Shown piece after piece: positions 1-12,089 of a stretch of 64,000 bases of DNA. The notes beneath the pieces are model-generated. The model made no database searches, was not told where the DNA came from, and saw only the letters and a program-made list of their open reading frames with translations. Location: contig NC_068984.1 of the NCBI RefSeq assembly GCF_001194135.2, positions 10,630,883-10,694,882 of the forward strand. The letters are read 5' to 3'. The translations under genes and the position numbers were made by a program. Position 1 is the stretch's first letter; each line of letters opens with the position of its first letter. The stretch is from Octopus bimaculoides (Eukaryota).

Positions 1-487
1 CGAATGGTATCCAAGAGATGAAAAACCGAACCCAGAACCATGTGGTTGGGAAGCAAGCTTCTTACCTCACAGACCCTCCTCTTTAGCTGTATTAAATTTA
101 CTTTCTGCCTTTATATATTCCTTTGTACCGAGTGAATATTTTGACAAGTTAACAATAGTTGGTCCTAGTTTAGATCTATTGCTATTGTTATTTACAACTT
201 ATGGTCTGTACTTTCATGGACAGATATAGGAATGATCTACTTAAGCAATTTGGGTTAAGATAGAAAAGAAGGGAGCAATGAAGACAGAATTGGAAGTGCA
301 TTGTAACCAGTGGTGTATAACAGCACCTGATGGTCTAGTCAATATGATAATGTATCTAGGACAACACTGTCAAAATGTCCTTTTTGAAAGATGGTAGGAT
401 GTGAATTAAGGGAGATTTGGTTCATTATTTTTAGCAGGGTAAACATCTGCACAAGAACCTCTCGCTTTGGTTTCAGAACAAATATAT

Positions 488-1143
488 TTTTACTCTTTTA
501 CACATTTCAGTCATTTGACTGTAGCCATGTTGGAGCACTGCCTTTAGTCGAAGAAATCAACCTCGGGACTTATTTGTTGCAAGCCTAGTACTTATTCTGT
601 TGGTCTCTTTTTCTGAACTGCTAAGTTTCAGGGACTTAAACACATTAACATCAGTTGTCAAGCGATGGTGGGAGGACATTCACATACACACATAAATATA
701 TATACATCTATGTTCCTCCCTATGCCTGTCATCTCTTATGTCCCTGCCGTAACACTTCACTTCCACACACACCAGCTAAATTTAATTCGCCCTTAGTCGA
801 AAGACACCTGTTGTTATGTCCTGTCATTTCTATTTGTGTACCATTTCTCCGTTTTTTTTTCCATCCTTGTTTTCGTATACATTTGCTGCTTTCTCCCAAG
901 GAATCTAGTGCTCTTAGCTTAGTTTTTCCTTCAGGCTGGCCAGATTGGAGCAATCTCGAGTATAATCAGCCGAAATTGCAGAGATAATCTGGAATTCGAC
1001 TGAGGAAAGAAAANNNNNNNNNNNNNNNNNNNNNNNNNNNNNNNNNNNNNNNNNNNNNNNNNNNNNNNNNNNNNNNNNNNNNNNNNNNNNNNNNNNNNNN
1101 NNNNNNNNNNNNNNNNNNNNNNNNNNNNNNNNNNNNNNNNNNN

Positions 1144-1177
<34 letters not shown>

Positions 1178-1355
1178 CACACACACACACACACACATGA
1201 CTGGCTTCTTTCACTTTCTGTCTACCAAATCCACTCACAAGGCTTTGGTTGGCCTGAGGCTATAGTGGAAGACACTTGCCCAAGCTATCACGCAGTTGAA
1301 CTGAACCTGGAACCATGTGGTTGGGAAACATGCTTCTTACCACATAGCCACACCT
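488..1355 (-). mobile_element. SINE family A (tRNA-derived head, microsatellite spacer, tail); spacer holds an unrelated ~300 bp insert and a gap
   Basis: Tail 488-700 and head 1196-1355 match the other family A copies in the window (e.g. 35408-35805). Confidence 0.8.
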
Positions 1356-1932
1356 CTTTGGTTAGGTTAAATTTACTTTCCACCTTTATATATATTCCTT
1401 TGTATTGAGTGAATATTTTGACAAATTAACAATAGTTCATCTGAGTTTAAATCTATTGCTGTTGTTATATATATCTCACGGTCTGTACTTTCATAGACAG
1501 ATATCGGAAACAATTAGCTTCTAATGAAGGGAATTTATCATTGGTATTTGAGAGTTAAACATGACACCAGACTGAAATTTCCTGTTTAGACAGATTTACT
1601 GTTGTTTTTGATTTGCCAGATCCTGTTATTAGTTTAACCCTTCAACTGCAGTAATTCTGACATCAGCAATCTCACAATCTGGTGTGAATATTTTAATTAC
1701 TTCCATTAGGTCAAAGAGTAGAAAGTTTCTACTGTGTTATATGAAACTTTAATTGTCACGTAATTTGAATCACAGCTTGTAATGCAAGGCTCTCCTTTCT
1801 GCAGTGTGAATGCTGGACAATATAGTGTCCTACCACAGAACTTAAATTTGATATCGAAAAGATTTTTACTTTTTGTCTTTAAAAAAATTCTGGTTCAAAA
1901 TAAGTCCAAATTTTTAAATATAATAGATATAT

Positions 1933-2098
1933 AGGTGCAGGAGTGGCTGTGTGGTAAGTAGCTTGCTTACCAACCACATGGTTCCAGATTCAGTCCCACT
2001 GCATGGAACCTTGGGCAAGTGTCTTCTATTATAAGCCTTGAGCCAACCAAAGCCTTGTGAGTGGATTTGGTAGATGGAAATGGAAAGAAGCCTGTTGT
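1933..2098 (+). mobile_element. SINE family A head
   Basis: GGAGTGGCTGTGTGGTAAG (A-box-like) ... GATTCAGTCCC (B-box-like), then ACCTTGGGCAAGTGTCTT; ends in (TG)n(TA)n. Confidence 0.85.
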
Positions 2099-2111
2099 GT
2101 GTGTGTGTGTG

Positions 2112-2155
<44 letters not shown>

Positions 2156-2180
2156 GGTTTGGAGGTGATGTACAGGTATT

Positions 2181-2478
2181 ATATATTAGAAAAAATAATA
2201 AGGTATTCAGAGATCTGGATGGTTGTACATTTACAGATTTTTATTAATATGTCACATTGTTTTTATAAATCATATATTAGCGCTTGCATCTACTCTAATA
2301 GATTCTTCTGAATAATCTATTAGAGTAGATGCAAGCACTAATATATGATTTATAAAAGAATCTATTAGAGTAGATGCAAGCGCTAATATATGATTTATAA
2401 AAACACGTGACATATTAATAAAAATCTGTTAATGTACATCCATCCAGATCTCTGAGTACCTTATTTTTTCTAATATAT
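2181..2478. repeat. Fold-back palindromic element, ~125 bp arms, with a 45 bp internal tandem duplication
   Basis: 2181-2306 is the near-perfect reverse complement of 2358-2478; the unit starting AATCTATTAGAG occurs at 2314 and 2359. Confidence 0.9.
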
Positions 2479-2490
2479 ATATATAAGTAT

Positions 2491-3003
2491 TTGGGAGGGT
2501 TGTGAGATCGCGAATAACTCATTTCCTTGAAGACAACAATCTGCTGAACCTCAACTAGCATAGTTTCCATGATGGCAGGAACTGCCTGTCGCAGGTTCTG
2601 CACCATTTTGATGACATCTTAAAAGCATTTGGAGAAGATTCCAACACTGACTTCATATACTTTGGTACTTTGGTTTCAGCAAGGCATTTGACAAAGTGGA
2701 CCACAAAATCCTGCTGAAGAAACTATGCAACATTGGAGTCTGTGGAAAGCTGCCACAGTGGATTAAGTGTTGCCTGATGAACAGGACCCAACATGTTGTG
2801 TTTGAGGGAATACGATCCAGCTCAGCCAAAATCAGTAGTGGTGACCCACAAGGTACTGTGTTGGGCCCATTCCTCTTCATTATTTACATCAACGACATTG
2901 TAGATGTCATCAAACATTTTATTTTGAAAATATTTGCAGATGATTCCAAACTCCAGAAAGCCATGAATGGCATGGGAGACCGAACATGCTTTCAGTCAGA
3001 TCT
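2491..3003 (+). pseudogene. Non-LTR retrotransposon reverse transcriptase fragment (CR1/L2/Jockey-type)
   Basis: Translates to ...FSKAFDKVDHKILLKKL...SGDPQGTVLGPFLFIIYIND...KIFADDSKL; has an in-frame stop and an 8 bp TACTTTGG duplication causing a frameshift. Confidence 0.92.
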
Positions 3004-3130
3004 GTTTTGCCAGCTGAGTGGACTGGAGCAATGTGAAATAAAGTGTCTTGTTTAAGCACACACTGTACTGCCAGGAATCGCACTCATGACCTTACATTCA
3101 TGAACCAAACACACTAACCACTAAGCCATG
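3004..3130 (-). mobile_element. SINE family D remnant truncating the LINE fragment
   Basis: CCAGCTGAGTGGACTGGAGCAA...AAGTGTCTTG shared with 34581-34827. Confidence 0.7.
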
Positions 3131-3717
3131 CCTGTCATCTCTTATGTCACTGATGTCAAGACAAGGATATAGACACACACACACACACACACACACGCGC
3201 GCGCGTGCACACAGTGGGCTTCTTCCAAATTCTGCCGACAAATCCCGTCTTTGGTCATCCTGGGACTATAATAGAAAACACGTGCAGTAGGGCTGAACCT
3301 GAGACCATGTAGCTAGGAAACATGCTTCTTAACCATAGAGCTACACCTATAAAATGCGGTGGTGCACCAGCATGACCGCAGCCACTTGGCTGAAACACAT
3401 AAATAAATAAATAAAATATAAATGAAGTCTAACAGAGTATGCAAACGTGTGTGTGTGTGTGTACATGCATATGTATGTAGAAAATAGCTAAAACTTTAAA
3501 ATATCGTCGTTCTGTAATGCTATCTGAGAGCCCGGACAAGGTAGGAATTAACATCCTGAATCTTAATGAGCATGGCTATGTTCAGTAAATTTATGGTTCA
3601 GCTCACACGGGGAGAATATCACATTTTATTGCTGCCAAATGCTCACTAATTAATTGTATAAATAATTTAACTCTCAATTTCTTTGCACACGTGCACACAC
3701 ACGTTTGTATGCATGCA

Positions 3718-3753
<36 letters not shown>

Positions 3754-3754
3754 C

Positions 3755-3812
<58 letters not shown>

Positions 3813-4218
3813 TGTGTGTGTGTGTGTGCATGTGTACACAATATTTTGAAACTGAATCCTCACAAGTTACAATTGCTAGTTTCACTTCCTGATTCAAACA
3901 CTCGTATACACACACACACACACACATATATTACACGCATGCATGCACACGCAAATACATACACACGTATACATATTTATGCATAAACGCAGGCACATAT
4001 ACGCGAATAATGTTTGCATATGTAAAATTTAAAATCTATTTCATTGCTTAGAAATCTATTCAAAATGTATATTAAACATAAATGTCACCATAAACAAAGT
4101 AACCAAAACAAAAGACAAAAACGAAAAAAAAAAAAAACCAAGCCATTTGTTGAGTCTCAAAACCATATTTACCGTGTTTCTGTGACTCAATATGCCACCA
4201 ATATTACAATGTTTTAAA

Positions 4219-4395
4219 GGCGGCGAGCTGGCAGAAGTGTTAGCACACCAGGTGAAATGCTTAGCGGTATTTTGTCTATCTTTACATTCTGAGTTCAAAT
4301 TCTGCTGAGTGTCAACTTTGCCTTTCATCATTTCAGGGTCGGGGTTGATACATTGATACATTTTGAGACTTGTACCTTGAGTAGAAAAGAATATT
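4219..4395 (+). mobile_element. SINE family B (tRNA-like head plus conserved central domain)
   Basis: GGCGGCGAGCTGGCAGAA...GAGTTCAAATTC...CTTTGCCTTTCATC; more than 20 related copies in the window. Confidence 0.8.
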
Positions 4396-4519
4396 AAAAT
4401 ATTTTTCAAGAATGTGTTACCATATTTGTGTTGAAATACATTAGTTTTGGTTCAGTGCGTGGCAAAGAAATTAGCTTTCCAACCGAGGGCTTAGCTGTTT
4501 ATATCAATTTATCCATACA

Positions 4520-4735
4520 TCATCATCATCGTTTAACGTCCTCTTTCCATGCTAGCATGGGTTGGACGATTTGACTGAGGTCTGGCGAACCAGATGGCTG
4601 CACCAGGCTCCAATCTGATCTGGCAGAGTTTCTACAGCTGGGTGCCCTTCTCAACGCCAACCACTCCGAGAGTGGGTGCTTTTACGTACCACCAGCACAA
4701 GGGCCAGTCAGGTGATACTGGCAACGGCCACGCTC
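4520..4735 (-). mobile_element. RTE-clade LINE 3' end (family C) with (GAT)n tail
   Basis: Same sequence as the 3' UTR following the RTE ORF end at 8817-9487. Confidence 0.75.
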
Positions 4736-4819
4736 ATATCTATATATNNNNNNNNNNNNNNNNNNNNNNNNNNNNNNNNNNNNNNNNNNNNNNNNNNNNN
4801 NNNNNNNNNNNNNNNNNNN

Positions 4820-4853
<34 letters not shown>

Positions 4854-5524
4854 CGTATGAGAGAGAGAGAGATGTGTTTATGCTGTCTCACTGTCTTGTA
4901 GCTAGCTTACTGTTGACAGAGATCAATAAGCTAAGTACCAACCTACAATCCATATTTGGGTCAATAGGATCAATTGAAACCCTCCAAAGCAATGTCTGAA
5001 AAATGATTTTATTATCTCCTGCATCATCAACTTTTGTCTTAATATCAATTTTTTCGAATGCAGTGGGGGAACAATTACTTCTCTTAGGCTTAAGAGCTTA
5101 TATGTACAATACTGTTTTCCTATATCAGTTGTGACAGATTTTCCCTTAGAATGCCAGTAGAAGTGAATACATGTTGTTGACAAAATCCAACCAGGCAGAA
5201 TTACAAATCTAACGTTATCACCATTTGCTTTTCTTCTGCTACTGGTGTATTTGTGTTTTTAAACATGGTATGTCCACGAATACCTCTGTTCATTTCATTT
5301 GCTTTTTTGTGATGGTTCTGCATCAAGTATGACATACAGATGTTTGTGTATTGTCATCATTATTTAAAATTCATTTTCCATGCTGGCATGGGTTGGACGA
5401 TTTGATAGGAACTGACAAGTTCTATTGTCTGCTTTGTCATGGTTTCTATAGCTAAATACCCTTCCTAGCAGATAACAAATCATTAAAGATCTGTTAAAGA
5501 ACTTTCTTTGTCTTCTTCTTATTT

Positions 5525-5570
<46 letters not shown>

Positions 5571-5590
5571 CATACACACATATATATATA

Positions 5591-6835
5591 CAGGATGTTC
5601 TGAAATTAAGGCAATCGAATTTTCAGGCTTTAATAACTATCAATAAATGTGATAAGATATGAAAATTATTCATCATTATAAAAGCTTAGTGTGTTTTCTT
5701 TTTGTTTCAGACTAAATAAATTCAGATTTATAAATTAGATAACGGCTATAGACCGAAATACAATCATAATCCTCCACAAAGGAGATGAAAGTAATACAGC
5801 TACAGCATAAAGCTTAAAATTAACCAAACAACAGTCTGGAAAATTGTCAAGAAATTTCAAGAGATTGGTTCTACCAACGATCAACCCGGACATGACTGTA
5901 CGACTGAAAGTGTGTGGACCCCTTAGCTTATCAAAAGTACTAGAGAAAAGATATGGCGAAATCATCATTATTCTGTCAGAAAACTGGCTGCCACAGCAAA
6001 AATAACCTGAACATTGATATATCAAGTGCTGAAGGAGAATCTCAGGACTTGCCCCAACAAGATGAACTCACACAAGTTTATAAAGCCATGAAACTGGAGA
6101 GAAGTCATTTTATCCTGCGTCAGATTGCTGAAGACACACTGCCCAACCTGGTGTTTACTGATGAAAAGAAATTTGACATCGAACAGACAGTAAACCACCG
6201 GAATGACTGACGTTGGAGTGTATCTTGCTCCTTCAAGGGTACACTCTTAAATTGATGTCAAAATCCACAGTCAGTTATGGTTTGGGCGGCTGTGGCAGCC
6301 ACTGGAAGGTCTACCCTCGTTTTTGTGCCCTTATGTGTGAAAATTAACACCCAGCGATACATTAGCTGTATTCTGGAAGTTGAACTGCTTCCATGGGTGA
6401 ATGAGCAGTTTCAGGGTGCACCTTGGAGCCTCCAACAGGACTTGGTACCATCCCACAGCTCCAAACAGACACAATGCTGGATTCAGCAAAACATTCTATT
6501 GTTCATAGGCAAGGATGTATGGCTCTGAAGAAGCCCCGATCTCAATCCATTGGATTTTTGGAGCACTCCTCATGTTTCACTCGACTCTCTGCAGGCAAAA
6601 CTACACCAAGAATAGGCTTTGATTCCATAAAACAACTGTGTGCCATGTATGAAGCATTCACACTTGTACTTAAGGCTGTGATTCGAAACAGAGGTAGTCA
6701 TATCAAATAAATGTGGTAGTGTCATAATTGTGTTTCCTTTACCATTGCACTACAAACACTCGGACCCAAAATATAACAATATTTTGCTTTAGTAAAATTG
6801 AAAAAATTTGGTTGCCTTAATTTTGGGACACCCTG
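5591..6835 (+). mobile_element. Tc1/mariner-superfamily transposon, DD37D (maT) family, full span, transposase decayed
   Basis: TA-flanked ~33 bp TIRs (CAGGATGTTCTGAAATTAAGGCAA / rc CAGGGTGTCCCAAAATTAAGGCAA); motifs NLVFTDEKKF, VWAAV, QQD..P.H and SPDLNPLDF with 37 codons between the 2nd and 3rd D; stops and frameshifts present. Confidence 0.93.
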
Positions 6836-8574
6836 TATGTACGTGTATGTATATATGTATATTATACACACACATACACACACAGGATGGTCTACTTCCA
6901 GTTTCTGTGTACCAAACCAACTCACAATGTTTGTATAGCTTGTTTTTACAAGTTTGCATGGTTTGATGCTTCTGTAAATACAAATATTTTAAAGAATTTT
7001 TAAAACAATTATTTCCATAGAGTTAATCTCTTCTATGATATCAAATATTCAACAATGAAACAATTTCGAAAAGTAGAGAGAGATAGAACGGAAAAGAAAG
7101 AAGTGGAGGAAGCAAAGAAAGGAAGATAAAAGAAAAGGAGGGAAATGAGAATGAATAGGAGAAAGAGAGAGAGAGAGAGAGAGAGATAGCATGACAACAT
7201 GGCTAAACAACTGTATTTTGTAGTACAACAGTGCAAGAGATATGTTGCTCATTTTGTTGTTGTATAACTCCAGATCAATCTTGAGCCAAGGCACATCAGT
7301 CATTATACAGAAGATTACATTATCTCATCATCACATCATCATTCAGTGTTTGTTTTCTATGCTGGCATGGGTTGGACAGCTCGATAGGAGCTGGTAAGCC
7401 AGAAAGCTGCACCGAGCTCCAGTTGTCTGCTTCGGCATGGTTTCTAGCGTCAGTCATTTTTCAAAGTGTATTGGGTACCTCTTATGTGGCACCAGCAATA
7501 ATTTTATAAGATGGCATAGTGTGAGACAAGCATGACTGCTACTTCAAGTAAGTCAACCATAAAGAAGTATTCATACTGGTTCTTGGGAGTGATATCCAGA
7601 TGCTTATGGTGGTTATTGTGCCTGCTATCAGTAGGAAATTCCTCAGAGGTTTCCAGAACTGGGAAAAGGCACATCAATATGCTTCATATCACACTCATTC
7701 CAGGAATGTTCTCTGAGATGGAAGTTTATCATTCAGCTTTAATGATAATGACCAAACCCCTAAACAGACCCCTGTAGTTTCTGGAAAAAACCAAAAAAAT
7801 AAAAGGCTTGAAGTGGAAGGAATTTAGATTTAAACACGTTTTCCAATCTTATCTGAAGCCAAAACGGTTATGGTTCAGACTAGATTAGATACTAAGGTAT
7901 ATATCACTTGCAACGAGATAGATTCTTTAGGTAAGTCACTCCTTTTGCTGTTCGTTGTCTTTGCTGTGGAAATGGTGAAATAGGAAACGGTGTTTACAAT
8001 GTTTAATGCACCTTAATACCATGTCTAAACTGCCAAAATAAATAAATAAATGAATGTAATCGGTAAACATTGGATTATCTCACAAATCCTAATATATTTC
8101 AATTTAAAAGAATGTGCAGTGAGAAAGAAAGCCAAGTTGTTTAATATTTCATGTTTGTGTTGTATGAATGAATGAGAAGGATAGGAGTAAGAAGGTGGAA
8201 AAGGAGTGAGCGTGAGTGAGTCGACGTGGGGTGATATAGAGGAGTGTATGAGAAAGAGGGGAAGAGCTGCATGAGAAAGGCGAGGAGGAATAGATAAGGA
8301 ACTGTTAAAAGCAAGCCTGACTAACCAAAGCTGAATGATTGATGTATGTTAGTGCTGTTGCTGGGTGTGGTGTAATAAACACACAGGCATAAAATATACA
8401 CACTTTTGAAATGTAGAGTAGAAGTAATAAAGAGAAACAGAACATATTTGTAATTCTGATGCATCACACCTGTCCCTACCTGAACTTTGATAAGAAACTC
8501 TAAAGACAAGTATTATATGTTTCCTCCTCTTGTGAAGAGGATTTGATTTTGGTACTGTCAGTCACTGAACTGCT

Positions 8575-9489
8575 TTTATTCTTTTATTTGTTTCAGTCAT
8601 TTGACTGCGGCCATGCTGGAGCACCGCTTTTAGTCTTACAAATTGACACCCCCCCCCCCCCTCTGGACTTATTCTTTGTAAGCCTAGTACTTATTCTGTT
8701 GGTTTCTTTTGCCAACCCGCTAAGTTATGGGGATGTAAACACACCAGCATCGGTTGTCAAGCAATGGTGGTGGTGTGGGGGGGGGGGGACAAACATAGAC
8801 ACACGAACATATACACATACATCATCATCATTGTTTAATATCCATTTTACATGCTGGCATGGTGTAGACGGTTTGACTGGGGACTGGCAAGCCAGGCTCC
8901 AATCTGATCTGGCAGAGTTTCTACAACTGGATGTCCTTCCTAACGCCAACCACTCCAAGAGTGTAATGGGTGCTTTTTACATGCCACTTGGCATGGCAGC
9001 CAGTCGGGCGGCACTAGCATCGGCCACATTCGGACGGTGCTTTTTACATGCCACCAGCACAGGAGCCAGTCAGGGCAGGTGGGCTAGTATCGACCACGTT
9101 CAGGTGGTGCTTTTTACATGTCACCAACACGGGGGAGCCAGTCAGGTGGCTCTGACAGCAACTCATGCATGGATGGTGCTTATTGCGTGCCACCAGCACT
9201 GGCAATGGCCACAACTACAATTTCTATTTGATTTTGATTTTACTTGACTCAATAGGTCTCCTCAAGTACGGCATGTTGCCCAATGATTCAAAGGTACTTT
9301 TTAAATGGGCTGGTTATGCAACACTGGTGTGGGCTATGGCTGTGACATCACTTTCCTTGCCGAGTCTTCTCAATCACAGCATATCTCCAGAGGTCTCGGT
9401 CTTTCGTCATTTCTTCTGTGAGGCCCAAAGTTCAATGGTCATGCTTCACCACCTCATCCCGTGTCTTCCTGGGTCTCCCGCTTCCACAG

Positions 9490-9528
<39 letters not shown>

Positions 9529-9695
9529 CACGACAAGCTTCTTTCAGTTTCTGTCTACCAAATCCACTCACAAGGCTTTAGTCGACCTGAGGCTGTAGTA
9601 GAATACACTTGCCCAAGATACCACGCAGTGAGACTGAACCCGGCACCATGTGGTTGGTAAGCAAGCTTCTTACCACATAACCACGTCTATGCCTG
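8575..9695 (-). mobile_element. SINE family A with a nested RTE 3' fragment
   Basis: Tail 8575-8815 and head 9530-9695 flank the RTE insert in the microsatellite spacer. Confidence 0.8.
8817..9487 (-). mobile_element. 5'-truncated RTE-clade LINE: ORF2 C-terminus plus 3' UTR with internal ~68 bp repeats
   Basis: Minus strand 9487-9348 reads GSGRPRKTRDEVVKHDH*TLGLTEEMTKDRDLWRYAVIEKTRQGK*, typical of RTE ORF2 ends; (GAT)n tail. Confidence 0.85.
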
Positions 9696-10549
9696 CTGTT
9701 CAATTTTTTATCACTTATAGGTGCAATTGTGGTTGTATGGATAAAAAGTTTTCTTCTCAACCACGAAGTTTTGTGTTTAGTCCCCACTGTGTGATACCTT
9801 GGGTGTCTTCCACTATAAGCACTGGGCCAACCAAAGCCTCAGGAGAGGATTTGGTGGTGAGGAATTGAAAGAAGCCAGTTGTATATATAATATGTGTGTG
9901 TGTGTGTATGTTTGTTTCCTTGTCTTGATTTAGCATGATAGCCGTAAACGAGTGTCACTGCTATACAAGCAGTGTTGTTTATTTCTAATATTCAGCAAAA
10001 CAGGTCTGGTAAGGGGGGAAACAAGTAATGGTTGATAACAGGAAGAGAATCTAGCCTTAGAAAATCTGCCGCATTAAACTCCATCTGATCCATGCAAACA
10101 TGGAAAAGTGGATGTTAAAACTATACTGATGATGGCACACACAGAAATGCAAAATTTTGTTGAGGATCAAATATCCTCACACTCGATATTTATCTTTTTA
10201 TTTTTTACTTGTTTCAATCATAAGACTGTGGCCATGCTGGGCCACCACCTAGAACAATTTTTGTCAAATGAATTGATTCCAGTACGTTTTTTTTTTATTA
10301 CTTTTAGGCCTCGTGCTTATTCTATTGGTCTCTTTTGCCAAACTGTTAAGTTACAGGGATGTAAACACAGCAACACTAGTCATCTTTCCATTTAACAAAT
10401 CTGTTCACAAGGCTTTGGTCGACCCAAGGCTATAGAAGAAAACACTTGCCCAAGGTGCCACACAGTAGGACTGAACCTGGAACCATGTGGTTCGGAAGCA
10501 AACTTCTTACCACACAGCTACACCATTGAAATATTTCTTCAGACACAGT

Positions 10550-11321
10550 CGTAGGTTAATTGTCGTATTACTATTTTTAGATACAAAAAGAAAAAAGAAA
10601 TTAATAAATAAAAGCCAAAAATAAGACCAAACCGAAGCAGATGATCAATAACTTTTATCAAACATTAATATGTTATTTATATTAATCTTTAAAATTTTTT
10701 TTAATGTTTTTCTAGTTGGATTCTATCTGTTAGTCAATCAATCTTAACAAGAAATTTTAAGGCTTCTATTCAATAAAAGAGAATTACCAGAAAACATTCC
10801 ATCACAATTCCATAATAATACCGCCGATATCTTTATTGGTAATTCCTACTATTCATTTGTGTTATTTTTTTATTGGTCGAGAATTACTTCATTGTTCGAC
10901 TCCATTTTCATTCCGTCTTCTCCCCCTAGAAGGCTAGTCTACGACTTCTGAAATAGTTTGATATAATCGATGTTTAAAGTCATTTCCCACCCACCCTCAT
11001 GTCTTGCCACCCCATAAAATCAAAGCAAAATTTCTTTGGAAATATCGAGGAAATACTTCGTATGTTACACTTGATCTTCAAAACTTCAGATTACGTTCTT
11101 ATGAAGATCACCTCGTGATAAAATTCTTGTTATAGGAAATTTTTAACCAAGGAAAATTGAAGGCAGTTATTGTATTTCTTACCCTCTTTTGGTTCTATTT
11201 GTTTTTTGTTTTTTTTATTGTATTTATATTGTTGTTCTACTCAGCTTATTTCGGTAAAATAATTCCAATATAGAATTATAAAGAATCATTACAGAATTTG
11301 GTGTAGAAAGATTAAGAAGCG
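10550..11321. promoter_or_regulatory. CpG-enriched, repeat-free block; possible promoter or first-exon region
   Basis: 16 CpG in ~770 bp versus ~7 in 1260 bp at 18361-19620 (hand counts); minus-strand donor AGAGG|gtaaga at 11183/11182. Confidence 0.35.
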
Positions 11322-12089
11322 AAACAATTTGTCATCACCACCATTGTCAATATCATCATCATCATCATCATTGTCATTGCCATCAGTTAATATCATCATC
11401 ATCATCATAACCAGCAGTTAATATCATCATTATCATCATCATAACCATCAGTTAACATCCTTATCATCATCATTGTCATCATCATCATCATAGCCATCAT
11501 TAAATATCATCATCATCATCATCATTATCATCTTCATCATCTTCGTCTTCTTCATCCTCATCCTTCTCATCACCAATATTGGTTTCACATTTTGGCAACA
11601 GGGCCAGCAATTTTGAGGGAGAATGTTAAGTCGATCACATTGACCCCTAATGATCAACTGGTACTTATTTTATCAACTTTGAAAGGATTAAAGGCAAATT
11701 CTACTTCAACAGAGTTTGAACTCAGAAAGTAAAGATGTTGCTAAGCATTTTTACCTGATGTGCTAACGATTCTGTCAGCTCACCACATTTTCAGTATTAT
11801 TACCTTCATCATCAATATCATCATCATCACCATCATTTCTTATTTTAACAAAACCAAGTGGTGCAGACAATAAAGATATGTTTTATGAACCTTTTGTCTG
11901 TTTTGCTGTCTCCTGTGTCCAGAATGCAAACATTCACGTAGGCACATACATAAAAATATACATACACAACACAACTTGCTGAACCACTAAGTTATGTGGA
12001 TGTAAACACACCAACATCGCTTGTCGAGTGATGGTGCGGGTGACAAACACAGACACATAAATACATATATATACACACACACACACAGA

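Noticed and set aside
996-1013. CTGAGGA resembling a hammerhead core in the 706-1013 insert
   Set aside because: It is cut off by the gap, no stem II/GAAA is visible, and it is also part of an 11 bp IR with 791-801
1933-2000. tRNA-like A/B boxes as tRNA genes
   Set aside because: They continue into SINE bodies, and no complete cloverleaf is evident
8543-9247. 234 aa plus-strand ORF
   Set aside because: It runs through a SINE tail and the antisense of an RTE 3' UTR; no protein-like signal
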